Assembly: GCF_009914755.1 (NCBI RefSeq)
Contig: NC_060929.1
DNA: 64,000 nucleotides
Strand: one strand, 5' to 3'
DNA from: the human T2T-CHM13v2.0 reference genome, Homo sapiens
The notes beneath the pieces were generated by a model. The model saw only the letters and a program-made list of their open reading frames with translations, did not search any database and was not told the DNA's origin. A program made the translations under genes and the position numbers. Positions within the stretch are counted from its first letter, which is position 1. Every line of letters begins with the position of its first letter. Below are positions 42,910-59,720 of this stretch, piece after piece.

Positions 42910-43160
42910 GGATGATAACAAGCTCAAGAGATCTGTTATACAACGTGGTGACCATAGTTAATAGCAATGTATTGTATAGAGTGCTTGAAAATCACTGAGA
43001 GTAGATTTCAAGTGTTCTCACTTTAATATCTGGTAAGTATGTGAGGTAAGCCATATATTAATTAGCTTGATTTAGCCATTGCACAATGTATACATAGTCC
43101 AAAACATACTGTTGTACACCATAAAGATATACAACTTTTTTTTAGTTAAAAAAATAGTAA
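42910..43160 (+). mobile_element. L1MA 3' end
   Basis: caagagatctgttatacaacgtggtgaccatagttaatagcaatgtattgta...agcttgatttagccatt...caccataaagatatacaa. Confidence 0.85.
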
Positions 43161-43908
43161 AATGATGATGACAAACACAGACCAGGAAGTAATAGTGTGG
43201 CTTCCACTAAGCCTATTTTAGAAAAATAAAACATTCTGTTGTTTGTATCAGTTGGCCTGCAAAATCCAGAAAAATTATTCCTGTTTAAATCATAACACTT
43301 TCTGGTTTCATTTAATTCCACTGTTATTGTTAGGTTGAGAAATGTAAATAAATGTATAGAGATGCAAACCGAAAATAACAGGGACTAAACCTTCTCCCCA
43401 TGGTTTCCCAGGAAGAAGATGGTGAAGTTAGAAATTCTTCCTAGTTTCCTTTCATTTATACAAAATCACACAGTAGCTAGGCTATATAATGTTTTGGCTG
43501 ATGATTTCAATGCCTGTTACACATATCATTTTGTTATTTTGTGGCTTTCCTAGATTTTTTTCATTATCCTTCATCTGTCTATTTTCAGTTGCAAAGGAAA
43601 TGTTTGTGTTGTATATGTGTTGTGTACATGCATGTTTTGAGATTGAGAGAAAAAGAGAGAGACAGACACACAGGGACAGAAAGAGAGAAAATAGGAGCTC
43701 ATATGGATTTTGTATTCATTAGAAGGCAAGCCCCATGAAGGTGGTAGACGTCCTGCTTTCCTCGCTGCTGTTATTTTTGTATTATCTTGGTGCTTTTGGC
43801 ACTCACCATATATTTGTTGGCTGTGTTGTGAAATGATATTCCCTGCTTTCGGAATTATGAGGAGGAGATGAGTTACTTATAAAAGCACTTAGAATTCTGC
43901 TCACATGA

Positions 43909-44211
<303 letters not shown>

Positions 44212-44769
44212 TTACAAGCTCCTTAAGTTGTATTTTTATTATGAAGACCCTCAAGTTTCACAGCCACTTGAGGTTTGATCGTATCCTTTGTTTTATCTAT
44301 AAATTTGCTCAGAGACTTCCCTCTCCATCTGTTTGTGATAGTTTTGTTGGGAACTCATTTCCATAGAACTTTATCTGAGGGAATATTTGAGGACTGGGCT
44401 TAGGGTACATTCCTCAGCATAGGATTTGGGTTTGCATGTCCCAGATATCTGGGATTGCTCCTGACCTGCGACCATTTTAAAACCACATTTGGGACTTTAA
44501 GGTCTTCTGGGACCCTTCCCCAGTGTGAAGGAGAGCCCATGGAGAAGAATTCTGTCAGGAGTCCTCTCTTTCCCTTCTCTACACAGAACAGTCTCTGAGA
44601 CAGTCATGATTATCTTCCATCCTCTTCTATGGCGTAGAACTTGCTTAATTTTTTGAATGTTTTAGTCTCATTTAGGGGTGCTAATCTAAGCTCTACCTGG
44701 ACTATGTGGCCATAGTCCTTGTTTACTGTCTCACACTTGGGTGTGGCCTATTAAATCTCAAACTCTGCA

Positions 44770-45200
44770 TAGATGGGACCCCAGTGGTGTACTTCTAATG
44801 CCATCAAGAGAACATGATGCAAGAAGCTGAGGCGACTAATATACCCTGTTCTTACACTCTGGATCTACCACCACTAAGGCCATGTTCTTTCAGGCTTCCC
44901 AGCTAATGAATAAGCGAAACAGAATTAATAACGCCAGCTCATCCTTGTAGGATGTGCACTCCTCTGACTTTGGCTACAGGACTCACCATCTCTCTGGCCA
45001 ACATTAATGTTTTCAGAGCTGCCCTATTATATGAGGGCCTTCCTGCACGTCCTACTTCCATTCACAAATTTCAGCCTTGCATCAAAATCCAAAGGCTCTT
45101 CCTGTCTTCTCTGGCACCTTCCCATTGATCCTTCACAGAAATTTCCCCCCAAATTTCTTGAACATATAATTATAACTTGGTGATTAGAACTGACGAGTAA
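44770..45200 (+). mobile_element. LTR16-like ERVL LTR, degraded
   Basis: ggctcttcctgtcttctctggcaccttcccattgatccttcacagaaatttccccccaaatttcttg resembles the LTR16A 3' part. Confidence 0.55.
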
Positions 45201-45379
45201 GTAGCAAACACTAATCTAGGACAAGCATACTTTTCAAAAGGAATGTTACTTGTTGATTCTATCTTTTAAGAATTTACTTTACATTAACATCAACTCAACT
45301 GTGCAGTAAAAATAAATAAATCATTAATTTTGACATTTTTATTTTTAATGTTATGTATTCTAGAAGAAAGTTTGTAGTT

Positions 45380-45689
45380 GGCCCGGCGCGGTGACTCATG
45401 CCTGTAATCCCTGCACTTTGGGAGGCCGAGGCAGGTGGATCACTTGAGTCCAAGAGTTCCAGACCAGCCTGGCCAGCATGGCAAAACCTCATCTTTACTA
45501 AAAATGCAAAAATTAGCTGAGCGTGGTGGCGGTTGCCTGTAATTCCAGCCATTTGGGAGGCTGAGGCAGGAGAATTGCTTGAACCTGGGAGGCAGAGGTT
45601 GCAGTGAGCCAAGAAACTGTCTCAAAAAAAAAAAAAAAAAAAAGAAAAAAAGAAAGAAAAAAGAGAAAGAAGGAAAGAAAGAAAGAAAA
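45380..45689 (+). mobile_element. AluS with right-arm internal deletion and a GA-rich tail
   Basis: gcagtgagccaaga joins directly to aactgtctcaaaa; imperfect TSD aaagtttgtagtt / aaagttctagtt. Confidence 0.92.
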
Positions 45690-48364
45690 GTTCTAGTTTC
45701 TCGTTTTAAGAGAAATGGGTCAGCACTGTCTTTTCCGTATCAACATAAAACAATTGTGTGGGCTCTTTGACTAAAACTAAAAAATGTATCTGAGAAATTT
45801 ATATACTAAGTTATTTTTAATCTTGATGAACTATTGCTTTACCATCATATTCGAAGCTGTGTTAGTAGTGGCCTAATTTTCCAGAATTTTGATGATGCAT
45901 ATATGTGAGTATATCTTAAGCTAATGAAACTAATTAATGGATTGTAAAATTTTCTCTTTTGCTTCTCCCTTTTCCATGCCAGTTTTCACATAAATAGGAC
46001 AATATCTTCTTACTTTTCCTGTGATCATGAGAATGCTGGACTAAGAATTTATGGGCATTAACCCCCCATCTATTTAACCACCTATATTACATGTGTCCCT
46101 GATGTAACCTGAGCAAACTTAGCAAGTCTTTTATTCTGGGTGAATGCCCCGCTTCACCCAAATCATGAATGCTGTTTGCTTCATGGAACTCTATTGCTTT
46201 TGTTCCCAGAACCAATTATATCTTAGCTAATCTCTTGCCCCTTTAATTATCCTTGATAGTTTTCTGAATAAAATATGCAATCTGTGAACACTTTATTAGT
46301 CCCACTCTCTGGTTTATCCATTCATGGGTAAGGATACAGAATTGTCTGAATCCAGCTTATTATAAATTCATTATTCTCATTTGTGCCCAATGACAAAATT
46401 TTCCTTGCCCTGGGTCAACAACATTCTCAGTCATCTCGACTATTTAACTGTAAATCTCAAACTATGTGCTGTTTAGAATTATATGTGCCTATCCCACTCT
46501 GCCGGACGTATGTGTTCTTTTCTCCATGAGATTTACATCCTGTAATGCTCTGATTCAGAATTTTGGGGCCCAATCCCTATTCATTTGTGTCTTAACAGTC
46601 TTTGAAGGGATGTTTGACTTCAAGGATTCCTTGAAGTTTCCCTCTGAGCAAAGGTGAGATGCCTTTTGATTCATGCTTGCGTCATTACTAGCCCAGGTTT
46701 AGCTGACTTTTTTAGTGTAGGATTTGCAATTAACACACAATAAAGGCTCTCTGAACTTCAGTCTCTTTTCGAGGGAAATAACCATAAACATACTGCCACT
46801 CAGTACAGATGGAGAGGTTAGTGAAAATAAGCAGCATTTATGAAGGCATGCCAGAAGGACTATGGGCCAGCCATTTTCTCTGGATACTGGAAATTCTTCC
46901 TGTAATGAAGCCAGACCTGCATAGAGTATTAATTAATACTCAACCACACAAAATTCAGATCTTACAGAAGTGCTTTTACAAAATATCCTTACAAAGACTC
47001 AGAGGGGGAAATTACAAGAAAATATTCTGTGAAACATCAGATTATTTACTTAAAGTTATTGTTGATGGCCATTATTTTCTGTACTCTTAGAAAAAGAATA
47101 ATGAGAGATATTTTCTTATTATGCAGCTAAAAGGAATAGTTTTGCCTTTTATTGAACAAAACAATTGTGTGTATGTCCATTTAACTTCTGGAAGATCTGA
47201 ATCATGTAATTGTGTCTGTTTTTTTCTATTTGTGGATAGACAGAACACTTAGAGCCACATGTGGAATACACTGCTAGAAACTAATTCTTCTTGGCATGGA
47301 CTTTGTATACTAACTTAGTCCCTGGTTTCAAAGAATTTTTATTTTTCTTTCATTTTGATGTCCTCATCTAATTAATTTTATTTTATTTCATTCTGTTGGG
47401 TTATATGCAATTATAAGGCACAAAGTCTTACTGAAAAAAGAACATGAAATAAGCAAATATGCAAAAAAGATTAATATTCTATGAATAGTTCATATCTCAT
47501 GCTTATACATAACTATCAAAACACACACAATACTTGACATTTTATACATGTTCAGCAAACATTTATTTACCAAATGAAGAAAACTAGGGATTGGAAAACA
47601 AAGCTGTTTCTTCAATATTTTTTATTTATTAAAAACTACTACTAGAGTTTGTAATCCTGGCTGACTTTTATCTCAAAAGAGTCAACTCTGTATTATTGAA
47701 GTGCAGATTAATGGTTTAAATATTAATTGCATCCAAAATTTACATACTCTTATATAATTAAAATATACACTATATTTCTGAAAATTTTCTTTAATTATTA
47801 ACGATTGATTTAAACAACTAGAGATATAGAATATATATGCTATTGGAATTTCTGATTAGCAAATTCCACTTGGAGTCTGCAATGTACAATGACATGCAAA
47901 TTCCATTTTCCATTGTTTGTATTGTATTTTTAAACATCAAAAGAAAAAATGTTTTTAACTTTAACTCTAATATAATTGTTGTCAAATAAGTGAAAGAGTT
48001 GTTAGACTTTAAAAAAAACATTACAATAGTGAGAAACAGAATAAGTTATTTGTGATATGAAAGAGAAAAATGATAAGTTAATATAATTTTAATTCCAGTT
48101 GAGTTAAGAAAATGAAAAAGTGCATCATTGTCGCTTCTACTTGCAAATGATATTTCTTCTATTTTTAAGAGTGTAAAATTTGTCTTTCAGTTGACAGTGA
48201 GTTACAGGTGAAAAGCTTTTACTCTGATGTTTTACAGAACTGCTAAAATGTCCATGTGTTATTCTATGGAGAATTGTAATAGAGTTTAGTAGTATGAAAG
48301 TGTGAAAGATGTTTTTTACCTTAATATATGATATTTACTTGGTTGAGTTATATAACATTCAAAA

Positions 48365-48590
48365 ATAGAGAATTTGGAGCCTGAAAACCTTGATTTCAGT
48401 TTAGCCTCCACTACTTACTGGATTTGTGACCTTAAGCAAGTTATTTCATTTTTCTCAAACTGGGTTTCCTCTTAGATGAAAATAACAATATCTACCTTCC
48501 TTTCATGTGATTTATTGAGACCAAATTGGAGTAATAGATAGTATAACTAGAACTTGGTTTTAAGTTATTTAAACATTATTTACTAGGTAA
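48365..48590 (+). mobile_element. MIR
   Basis: ttggagcctgaaaaccttg...ccactacttactggatttgtgaccttaagcaagttattt. Confidence 0.72.
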
Positions 48591-48753
48591 AACTTGTGCC
48601 TGTATAAAAATGAGAAACTTTATCTCTGAATGCAGATGCCATGTTTTCATTATTTGATAGAGATAAATAAACATGGAAATTGTATTACAATTTATACCAA
48701 ACTGCAAGGGGCCAGGTGAGTCAACCAAATTATACGGACATGTCAAAACATGC

Positions 48754-49135
48754 TGTTTTACTTTGTTTTCATACTGCTATAAAGAACTGCCAGAGACTGT
48801 GTAATTCATAAAGGAAAGAGGTTTAACTGAATTACAATTACGCATGGCTGGGGAGACCTCAGGAAGCTTAGGAAATCATAGCAGAAGTTGAAAGGGAAGC
48901 AAGGAATCTTCTTCACAAGGTGGCAGGAAGGAGAAGTGCCGAGCAAAGCAGGGAAGAACTCCTTATAAAACCATCAGATAACCTGAGAACTCACTCACTA
49001 TCACAAGAACAGCAAGGGGCAAACCACCCACATGATTCAATTACCTCCACCAGGTCCCTCCCTTGCTAGGTGGGGATTACGGAGATTATAATTCAAGATG
49101 AGATTTGGGTGGGGACACAAAACCTAACTATATCA
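48754..49135 (-). mobile_element. THE1 (C/D-like) solo LTR
   Basis: ttttcatactgctataaagaactgccagagact...caagatgagatttgggtggggacacaaaacctaactatatca. Confidence 0.9.
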
Positions 49136-49628
49136 CATTGAGTGAATGCATGCATATTCTTAAATGCAAAAATTGTAAATACATATATAAATAGATAAAT
49201 AGATGTTTAGTGGAATGTAGATTTCTCTAAATATCTATGCAATTTTCATGAATTTGAGGTGCAGGAACAATAACATTAAGAGTGTCTAATATTATCTCAG
49301 CTCATACTGGCTGTGGTGTAGAATTCATAAAAGGAAGGCAGATTAAGTTCCCATTTCTTAGCTATTCTTAATATAAAGCAGTTTTAAAAACCCTGGTTAT
49401 AGGATCCTATGAGACAAGCCTTAAAGGTATCTGATTGATTTAGATATAAATGACATATGGGTTTTTTTCTTATTGTGAAGATGTTTTCGTAAATCTCATC
49501 TTTTTAAAGTGTCTCTTAATATACTTCTCTTTTTAACATTGGCTTCTAGAAAAAAATAATGAAGTAAGAAAAGAAAAGGGATTCTACATCTTGAGTGAGA
49601 AATTGCCTTATAAAAATGAACAAATAGA

Positions 49629-49947
49629 GGCTGGGTGCAGTGGCTCACACCTGTAGTCCCAGCACTTTGGGAGGCTGAGGCAGGCAGATCACTTTAGGTC
49701 AGGAGTTCAAACCCAGCCTGGCCCACATGGTGAAAACCCATCTCTACTAAAAATGCAAAAATTAGCCAAGTGTGGTGGCATGCACCTGTAATTTCAGCTA
49801 CTTGGGAGGCTGAAGAAGAAGAATTGCTTGAACCCAGGAGGCGGATGTTGCAGTGCACTGAGATCACGCCACTGCACTCCATCCAGCCTGGGTGACAGAG
49901 CAAGACTCCTCCGTCTCAAAAAGCAACAACAATAACAACAAAAACAA
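49629..49947 (+). mobile_element. AluSx-like with (CAA)n tail
   Basis: Complete dimer from ggctgggtgcagtggctcac to ctccgtctcaaaaagcaacaacaataacaac. Confidence 0.95.
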
Positions 49948-52074
49948 ATAGAATAAATGAAGAGATTTGATCTTATAATTGGTTGGAATATCCCATAACA
50001 CTGCACTGTTTATGTTTGCACAATAATGAAAGTTCATTGAGTACATGTTCACTGACATATATGGATCCTCAGAAATATATATCTTAAACATATGATATAT
50101 AAGTATATATAAATGTATACTCATACGCATAACTCAGATGTATGCAAAGGCTTCATATATCTAGAATGTATATTGTGTGTATTCTATATAATATGTAATG
50201 AAGGTTGATAGACATAACCTTTTCTTGATGGTGTAGGTTAGGAATAATTGGTTCATTTAGGGTAGGGCAGATTTCACTTGCACTGATATGGACAAATCAG
50301 TGTTAATGACAGAATGCAATAGAGTCATCCTGCTATGTAAACAGAAGCATAGATAACAAATAATACAAAATATGATAAAATTTTACCTCATTCATAACAT
50401 CATTTATCTGACCCTTTCCCACAATTTATCTGGCCTATCTGCCACCACTTAATTTAAAAAATTACAGTGATTATATCATGACTGCTTTCAAATTCTCACT
50501 GTACAACTCTAAAAACATACACTTATTTGATAGCCTTGAATTTCAGCCGAAAAAATAATAATTATAAGAGGTATAGACTTTAAAATATATCATATTTGTG
50601 CAGAATATTTTAAGTTATAAATATGTATGCATAAGGCCTAGTTGATGTAACATTAGTATAGATGCTACAAATGCAAGTTCATTAAAGAATATTAAGATAT
50701 TCTTCCCTGTAAATCTAAGGAAGCAAAACAATGGGAAATTTCTCAAAGATTTAAAGCAGGAGATGAAACAGGGACAAACTGAGTGTTTGCTCAACCATAA
50801 TTGTGAAGCAATCAGTTTAATTTTCTCACAGTTGATTTTGTTTAATTAGGAGATGACATTAGCTAACTTTGCAGTTCTACATCGTTGGAAAAAGGAAAGA
50901 GGAGGTTTTGACATATTGTGCCTTTACTATTAAAGAAATATCATTCAGTGAGTTTTTTGTACACATTTCTATTTGTGTGGTTTTTTTCACTGAAAATAAT
51001 GCTTTTAAATTTCAGAATACAACAGCTTAACTTATCACATAGTAGAGATATACATATTGTACCAATCCCTTTTAAAATTAGTGCTAATGTAGCATGAGGG
51101 AAATGTAATTCAACAAGAAAAATGGAAATTTACATTTTTATCTCTGAAACTGAACACTGATTCTCCAAAAATCATTTTCATCAATAAAATCTGCCAAAAT
51201 GTGTTGAATATATGCAGCATTTAGACAAATGTCACCATTATTTCTTGCCCAGACATGGTTCAAGGCCCATGTTCATCATGTCCTTTGTTATATCATCTAA
51301 GCACATTAAGACTGCAAATGACTTTCAGCTATTTAAATACCTAATCATGATATAATGTCCATGGCTTTATAGAGTCCCAGCGTAATTTTGCATATATTCT
51401 TCAACTTTGTTCTTTTACAGTGAAGTACCGTGACAGATAGTTATACCAGAGATTTCTGAAACAAATAATCAGTATACATTCATCTGGCTTAAAATATCAT
51501 ATTGAATGTTCATAGATGGTTAAACAAAGAGGAAAGCAAACAAACTATTAAAAGGACACTTTATTTCCTATCATAAGCATTACATGCCTATAATTAGTAA
51601 TTATTTTTTAAAAGGAAAATGGACTAAGAAATTTGCATAATATCTCCCTACTTGGTAGAAATCTGTTATCATCTTATTAAGTAGGACAGCATCATAGTTA
51701 CACAATAATCTCTTTAGAAATATATAAAGTTGATTTTCTATTAAGATATGGCTATTGGCTATTAGCTAGACTGAATTAGATTATTAACACTATTGTTTTG
51801 AAATTGCCATTCACTGATATTTGGGGATCACTGAATACATTAGGAAACGGAGAACATCATGATAGCTTCCTCAAACTGTAGAGTATGATCTTTCTAGGTG
51901 GCCAGTGTAACAAAAGGAAATAAATTAATTAATAGGATCATAAAAGTGTACACAGAACACTTTTGTGATGCTTGCTAATCTTAATTAAATGATTGCAGTA
52001 AGGTTTATGTAAGCTGGTGAAAGCCATATACTTTGTAATCTTTTCTGCTCCCATTTATAGAATCACTTATATAA

Positions 52075-52369
<295 letters not shown>

Positions 52370-53426
52370 TTGTATAAGGTTTTAAAAGTTCCCCAATTTA
52401 GCCTTCACTCAGTATAAGAATATCTTGCACAGCAACTCTTGGATTTATCCAGTTCTACTCTAGTGGTTTATTCTCTTCTCTGAAGTAAACCTTTGCACTT
52501 GTAGATAATTCTAATGACTAACATCTTGTTGTGCTAGCCAAATGAGTCAGCCATTTTCCTTCAATAACTGGGGATATTGAGACTACATTTATTGATCTTG
52601 TTTAATTTCTGTGCTATACTCCTTCTGTCACAGCTTGTTTCTATTTCTATGAAAAATGCCTCTGCCCCACTCAAAGGAAGACAATAGCATCTTTGTCTCC
52701 ACTCTATGACCCACCATTACAAACTCAAGCTAACTGGATCAAGGGTAGACTCCTGAGCAAATGTTGGCCACCATATCAACTCAGACCATAGACTACCTTG
52801 CTTTGACCCTTGACTCATTTTTTTTCTCTCCCTCTCACCTCTCTTTCCCTGTCCTTCCCCTTTTGTTCCTACTCCTTTGTCTTTTGAACGTTGGCTGACA
52901 GACCACCCTGAAGGCTTACAAAAACAGCTCAAAAAGACTGTTCTGAGGGTTGCTGGCAAAGAATTGTACCAATGACCCTGAACATAAGACTTCAAAAACT
53001 GGGAAAATCAAACTGTTGCAACCACAAGTGTAGTAGCAATTCCAGATAAAGGGAACTGTAACCTGGGCTAGACTGAAGGTCACATGCTCCTCTCTCCTCC
53101 TCACCCTATGAAAACTTCAATCCAGCTGCTAAGGGAATTAACTGTTTTTCAGATGCTCCCTTATGTATATCAGATGAATAAAGTCTTTAATCTCTATTTC
53201 ATTAACATTAACTTTTCTTTTAACCCTGAAAATGATTCAAATTCTGGTGAATTTTGGACGAAATCATAAAGAGACTAATCTCAGAAACTGTCCTTCTATT
53301 GAATGAAGAAGATGTAAATGTGGGAGCCAAGAATGGCATGCAGCTAGAGAAAGGGAAAGGGTTAGAGAGAAATATTGACAGTAAGTCGATGCAGAGACAT
53401 CTGAGCTGATTTAATTTTTCTACTAA

Positions 53427-53742
<316 letters not shown>

Positions 53743-54439
53743 GCCTTCCTTTTAATATTTAGTCCAGGTTATCTGCTTTTCTTGGATATTAAGAAACAAT
53801 AATGTCATTTCAATAAATGTGTTTGCTCTTGTTGATTAAATTAGTTTGAAGTACTTCAATTTTTAAAACCAACAGAAACTAAACAGAGTTTTGAAAAGCC
53901 AGTTTGTCTCAATTTCCCTCTCTATGATAAAGACTTATGAGTGCTAACCCTAAAAAGTCATATGGGAGCTTACCATAAAAAATGATAGCATACATCTTTA
54001 GTATTGTATAATTTCAAAACACTTTGTACTATTAAATCTTAAAATCTGTAAGAAAGGTTATGTGATCTTTTTTGGATTAATGAAGATAACTGGGAAAATA
54101 TAACTCAAAAAATAATGTGATCTCTGTGATTGCAGTGATAGTTCCTATTCCATTCACTGTGTGCTGCACATACGTTGGAACTTTGTATTTTTTGAGTGGA
54201 TGAATGAATGGGCAAATGCACAAGAACATGCACAAATAGCAAGTAGGTCCTCTGATGTGAGGCTATACTTCCAATTACACCTTGGATAAAGTAGCCAAGG
54301 ACCTTTGTTTATGGTTGTTACATAAAAGTCAACAAAACATTGTTTTAAAATATCTTTCCAACAGATAGCACTTTCTAGTGTTGTGCTAGAAATCAATGGC
54401 AACATTTACCAAAATGTGATGTACTAATGACTAGTCCTA

Positions 54440-54763
<324 letters not shown>

Positions 54764-55067
54764 GAAGGAAATATTTCAATGTTTCTGCTTAAAACATTTA
54801 GGATTTCTATCTATCTAACATCTTTCCCTCCCTTTCTCTCTCCATCTATCTATGGCCTGGCCTGTCATATGTCTTGTTCTATATGTTGGAGAAAAAGCTG
54901 CAACTAAGACAACATCTTCACCTTTAAGTACCTTATCTTTTTGTGGGTGATACAAAAGTGAAAAAGCACATACAGTATATACTTAAGAATTTTTAGGCAT
55001 GATTTTTTTTCCAACATATTTTAGAAAATGCCAGTTAGAAAACAAAGATCATATTATTATCACAAAC

Positions 55068-55439
55068 ATCACTTGGTCCAAATGTTTATATCCCCTCAAA
55101 GTACCTATGTTGAAATTGTAACTCCAATGTGATTTTATTACAAGGTGGGGCTCTGAGAAGGTGATTAGGTTTAGATGAGGTCATGAAGGTGCAGCCTTCA
55201 TGATGGAATACTGTCCTCGTAAGGAGAGGAAGAGACTAGAGCTCTCTGTCTCCATCACATGATGCATGGCAAGAAGATGTTGACCTGCAGGCCAGGAAAA
55301 GGGCCCTCGCCATGAACCAAACACTGATGGCACCTGGATCTTGGACTTCCACCCTCCATAACTGTGAGAAATAAATTTCTGTTGTTCAAGCCATCCAGTC
55401 CATGATAGTTCATTATGACAGCCCAAGATGACTAAGGCA
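55068..55439 (+). mobile_element. MLT1A/MST-type MaLR LTR
   Basis: gtgattaggtttagatgaggtcatgaagg...gatcttggacttcca...aactgtgagaaataaatttctgttgttcaagcca...gactaaggca. Confidence 0.85.
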
Positions 55440-55848
55440 GACATCTTACATAATGGGCTGGATGCTGCATTCTTTGGATAAAACCATCAATAATTAATGA
55501 TGCCTTGAGCTCACTGATGAGAGGAATTTTCTAAACTGGGAGTGGCAACCTAACTGTCAATATGTGTGAAATCAAAATCTTCCAAGAAATGCCTGCACTA
55601 AGTCTCAAAGTGTGTATTCTTGGCCAGTGGCTTTAGTCCAATGGCACTGGACCACTTACTGGGCAGAGAAAAATGATACATAGCATTGGAGACGAAAAAA
55701 ATAAAAAAGCATAGGAGGCTAGGAGGACTGGAAGAATCTTCTGGAAGTGCTAAGTAGTTTGATCTGATTAGAGATTCAGATACATGTTGAGGTTTAAGAA
55801 TAATGATGCTAATTATCATAACACTATGGAATAATGACTGCAAGACAG

Positions 55849-56557
<709 letters not shown>

Positions 56558-56685
56558 AGGGACTATTGTAAATTCCTGATAAGAAATCTTTCTTATTAAA
56601 CAATCTTAACATTTCTAATTGGTGAGTGCTGTTTTTATTACTATTTTAACATGCTATGATATCATACTGGACCAGGGAGATGGTA

Positions 56686-57019
56686 CAGACTGAAGATTCC
56701 TTATCTGAAATGCTTGGGACGAGAAGTGTTTTGAATTTTTCACATTTGTCAAATTGGGGATATTTGCACACCCATAATGGGATATATTGGGGAAAGGACC
56801 CAAGACTAAACACAATATTTATGTGTCATATACACTTTGTAACTATAGCCTGAAGGTCATTTTATACAATGTTTTTAATAATTTTGTGCATGACACAAAG
56901 TTTGCATTAAGTACTTATGTTTGGAATTTTTCACATGTGGAGTCATGTCAGTACTCAAAAAGTTTCAGATTTTGAAGCCCTTTGAATTTTGGATTTTCTG
57001 ATTAGATCTGTTCCACCTG
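56686..57019. mobile_element. Tigger4/MER46 (TcMar-Tigger) non-autonomous element
   Basis: ta|cag...ccttatctgaaatgcttgggac...ggacccaagactaaacac...cacctg|ta, with TA TSD. Confidence 0.85.
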
Positions 57020-57180
57020 TATTATTCTTAGGGAAAGAAGAAAGGAGATAGGATCTATCAGAGGAAGAAATATGAATAGAGCAGTCAAAAATGTGAACAA
57101 AGCTTGATGACCTAGGGAAAGTACCGAGGCATCAAGACTACTTGCAAAGGTGGAAAGGTACAAATTGATATTACACGGTA

Positions 57181-57372
57181 CAGATGGTCCCTGACTTAAG
57201 GTGGTTTGAACTATGATTTTTCAACTTTACAATTATGTGATACACATTCATTAGAAACTTACTCTGAGTACTCGTACAACCATTTTGCTATTCACTTTCA
57301 GTATAGTACTTGATAAAATATGTGAGATATTAAATACTTTATTATAAAATAGGTTTTGCATTAGATGATTTT
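57181..57372. mobile_element. MER47/Tigger5-like fragment
   Basis: ta|cagatggtccctgacttaaggtggtttgaactatgatttttcaactttac...tttattataaaataggttttgcattagatgatttt. Confidence 0.78.
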
Positions 57373-57519
57373 CATTCAATTGGAATAGGGTGAGTTAATG
57401 CTAATAGTTGAGTAAAAAATATGTATAGATTGTGTTGGCTTGATCAATCCTAAATGCAGCTAGAAAATGCGGTTCTGTTATTAGAGCAAGGAGTTAGAAT
57501 GGACATGTGGCTGTCCACA

Positions 57520-58230
<711 letters not shown>

Positions 58231-58419
58231 TGTGGTATCAGCTGATTATATCATGGACGAAATAATAGAGCACAGTATTGGATTTGATTATCTTACATTT
58301 TGAAGTAATAATATCACAGGCTGAGTATCTAAATATTAAAACCTATAGATCTAAGACATTTAAATATTAAAGCCTATATATCTGCTTTCTATTTAATAAT
58401 TTTCTTGCTCACCCTATAT

Positions 58420-59095
58420 AACTTTGATTTAATTTAAAAACCAAATCCTAGAAGTCACCTGTGACTTTTCTCTTCTTCTGATATTCCAAACTTTATCTAC
58501 CTTTACATACTGTTTGCTTTGCCTCCAAATAATACATAAATTTACTTGTTTGTTTTTAGCTCTATTCCCATCATAAACAGATTTCATTAGCTCATGTCCA
58601 AAGCAGTGCAAAATAATCTAACTGGTTTCCCTTCCTTTCATTATCACCAATCTTCCAAAAATTTCACAAAGTAATTTTAGGAGCTTTAAAAAATAACAAT
58701 TATCTCATATTAACCCCCCCATTAACTCTTTAGTAACTTTCAACTATATTTACTGTAGCATCCAAATTCTAATGTCTGCAGGGTCTTACATTATCCACTC
58801 TTGACTTCTGTGATTCCATCTTGTTCCACTCTCCCATGCTTACCAACCACACTGAGTATTCACATTCTCTCAAAATCAAGCTCTTCCATGACTCAGGCCC
58901 TTTATATACACTTTTCTTGTATGTAGAAATTCTCCCTTCCTCACACTAATGAACTCTGCAATAAGATGTATGCCACCTGGACATTTTTTATTTTAATACC
59001 CTGTTATTTCTTGCCTTCATTATATTCATCATGATTTGTCCAATGATATGCACACAGAAGTACTTAAAAATCTGTATTAAATAAACATGCAAACA
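58420..59095 (+). mobile_element. L2 3' region, degraded
   Basis: aatctaactggtttccc...ctcaggccctttatatacac...cacacagaagtacttaaaaatctgtattaaataaa. Confidence 0.55.
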
Positions 59096-59159
59096 TGTTG
59101 CTCATTTTTGATATGTATCCTGTGATGACAATGTGGTCTCTGACTTCATCAAGCTTTCA

Positions 59160-59290
59160 TTCTCTATATTTATCTGTCTATTATCTATATTTGTGTGTGT
59201 GTGTATATATATATAATTCTCTGTATTTGTATATATATATACACACGAATATTCTCTCTCTCTATATATATATATACACACACACAAATT
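59160..59290. repeat. Compound (TG)n(TA)n ... (TA)n(CA)n microsatellite
   Basis: Read directly from the sequence. Confidence 0.85.
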
Positions 59291-59429
59291 TCTATAATGA
59301 CAGGTAGAATCAACTAAACACTTATTACACAAGAAGCAGACTGGTATCAAAGTAGAGGCAAATTTACTGTAAAGATAAAAAATGTGTTCAAGGTATATTA
59401 AAACAAGCTTGGGTAACCTGAGTTAATAA

Positions 59430-59720
59430 ATTCATTCATAAATTTTAGAGGTTAAATACAACAATGGCTTAACTCACACTAAGCTGGTTATGTGTTTAGG
59501 GCTTTCTAGAGCATTCTTCCTTGTAGTAACCCAAGTTAGAGCCAAATTTGGCTCCTCCCTCTTAACACAGTTATGTCATGTCACTGATGCAGGGGACAGA
59601 AGATGTGGAAGATCAGGTGACAGATTTAAATTCACAGCTCATTGGCCAAAAGCAGTCACATGGCCCCACCTAACTGCAAAGTGCTGGGAGTTGGGTGAGG
59701 GCATATGGACCATTCATGAT
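59430..59720 (-). mobile_element. Old MLT1 (J/K-like) fragment
   Basis: cagctcattggccaaaagcagtcacatggccccacctaactgcaaag. Confidence 0.6.

Noticed and set aside
52620-53350. Probable old LTR fragments
   Set aside because: LTR-like composition and an AATAAA are present, but I could not assign family or boundaries with confidence.
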